DNA from: Borreliella garinii
GTDB lineage: Bacteria > Spirochaetota > Spirochaetia > JABEVK01
Assembly (NCBI GenBank): GCA_020720765.1
Contig: DYOB01000001.1
Coordinates: 45,222 to 109,221, forward strand
Direction: 5' to 3'
DNA length: 64,000 nucleotides
Part shown: positions 63,507-64,000 of the stretch, piece by piece
Layout of the letters: each line of letters begins with the position of its first letter
Position numbering within the stretch: position 1 is the first letter of the stretch
The notes under the pieces: model-generated
What the model was told of the DNA's origin: nothing
Databases searched by the model: none
Seen by the model: only the letters and a program-made list of their open reading frames with translations
Made by a program: the position numbers and the translations under genes

Positions 63507-63770
63507 TCACATAGTGAGTATGAGAAATGTTAAAAATCTCTCTGCATTTTCCAAATGTCCTTGTACTTCCATAGTTTGTTTGGGTTCTAATTCATCCGCG
63601 TACAGATTCCTAAATCGATTCCGGAATTTCAATAAACTCATCAGCGAAGAAAACAGTTCAGCATCTTCTAATAGAACAGGACGAAGGCCTGGAATGTCCA
63701 GTTTCATTCTCTCCAAAAGTGTCCGGTGCCAGCTTTCTTTAGGAGCCTGTTGCGCTTGAGATTTTGACAC
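63507..63770 (-). CDS. Small ORF (GTG start) with weak resemblance to C-terminal half of HEPN/nucleotidyltransferase-substrate-binding proteins; possibly a decayed remnant
   Basis: LLKFRNRFRNLYADELEP resembles the R-x4-6-H-x-Y region of HEPN domains but lacks the His; upstream stop 8 codons before GTG. Confidence 0.3.
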   Translation of the reverse strand: MSKSQAQQAPKESWHRTLLERMKLDIPGLRPVLLEDAELFSSLMSLLKFRNRFRNLYADELEPKQTMEVQGHLENAERFLTFLILTM

Positions 63771-64000
63771 AGGACCGGGGAGCTGGGATGCTCAGGGCGC
63801 CCGGAAACCCTGGTCTGTGTCAAAAAGCCTGAAAGAGTGCCTATTCTACCCTTTATCTGACCAAAACCGCCAATCTTTTAAGGTTATAAGCACAGCTCAC
63901 CAACTGCCACTCCAAGTTGACTTTATTCAGACCCCGAAGCAAAAACTGCCGGAAGCCCAAGACCATCATACTTACTTCGGCATCCACTACCGCTTGGGCG

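Noticed and set aside
61243-63913. 8-nt direct repeat CTGCCACT near both ends of the rsmG-downstream region as island att sites
   Set aside because: An 8-mer match is expected by chance in 64 kb, and it does not coincide with the GC-content boundaries.

Overview
This 64 kb window looks like a spirochete (Treponema-like) chromosomal segment, about 50% GC, densely packed with housekeeping genes on both strands. No rRNA, tRNA or CRISPR array was recognised. The gene order cfpA-like / hypothetical / ppdK and uvrA followed by an LptD-like gene resembles Treponema pallidum syntenies, recalled from memory and not verified.

Recognisable loci, in order:
- uvrA, translationally coupled to a large LptD/OstA-like outer-membrane protein gene.
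- The conserved phoH-pgpH(7TM-HD)-ybeY-corC operon.
- A TPR protein, then a gap-pgk-tpiA-secG glycolytic/secretion operon with a good sigma70-like promoter.
- A SurA/parvulin-like PPIase, nusB, map, htrA and a phosphoribosyltransferase.
- A divergent pair of envelope genes (outer-membrane beta-barrel plus a BNR/Asp-box lipoprotein), folD and a PAS-PP2C-TPR phosphatase.
- A purH that is naturally split into separate IMP-cyclohydrolase and AICAR-formyltransferase genes joined by an ATG/TAA overlap.
- Small membrane proteins, a lipoprotein and the DHH phosphoesterase nrnA.
- A 677-aa helical CfpA-like protein, a hypothetical protein and pyruvate phosphate dikinase, followed by a clean bidirectional terminator.
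- TPR proteins, a purB-guaB-purA-guaA purine cluster, then add, a divergent thymidine-kinase-like gene with a long C-terminal extension, and deoC.
- A methyl-accepting chemotaxis protein (MCP), murJ, the Na+-pumping oxaloacetate decarboxylase operon oadGAB, class II fba, a DUF134/NifX-like pair next to a 20-bp perfect palindrome, and mnmG-rsmG.

The most unusual part is the right end. Downstream of rsmG, where parAB is often found, there is a ~450-bp non-coding stretch with nested hairpins. Next comes a ~1.75-kb AT-rich (~30% GC) insert carrying a marR / 2-TM protein / secreted CMD(AhpD)-like operon with its own promoter and operator. The insert abuts, and appears to have truncated, a nucleotidyltransferase (MNT)/HEPN-like toxin-antitoxin remnant.

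Coordinates of manually refined starts may be off by 1-2 nt.
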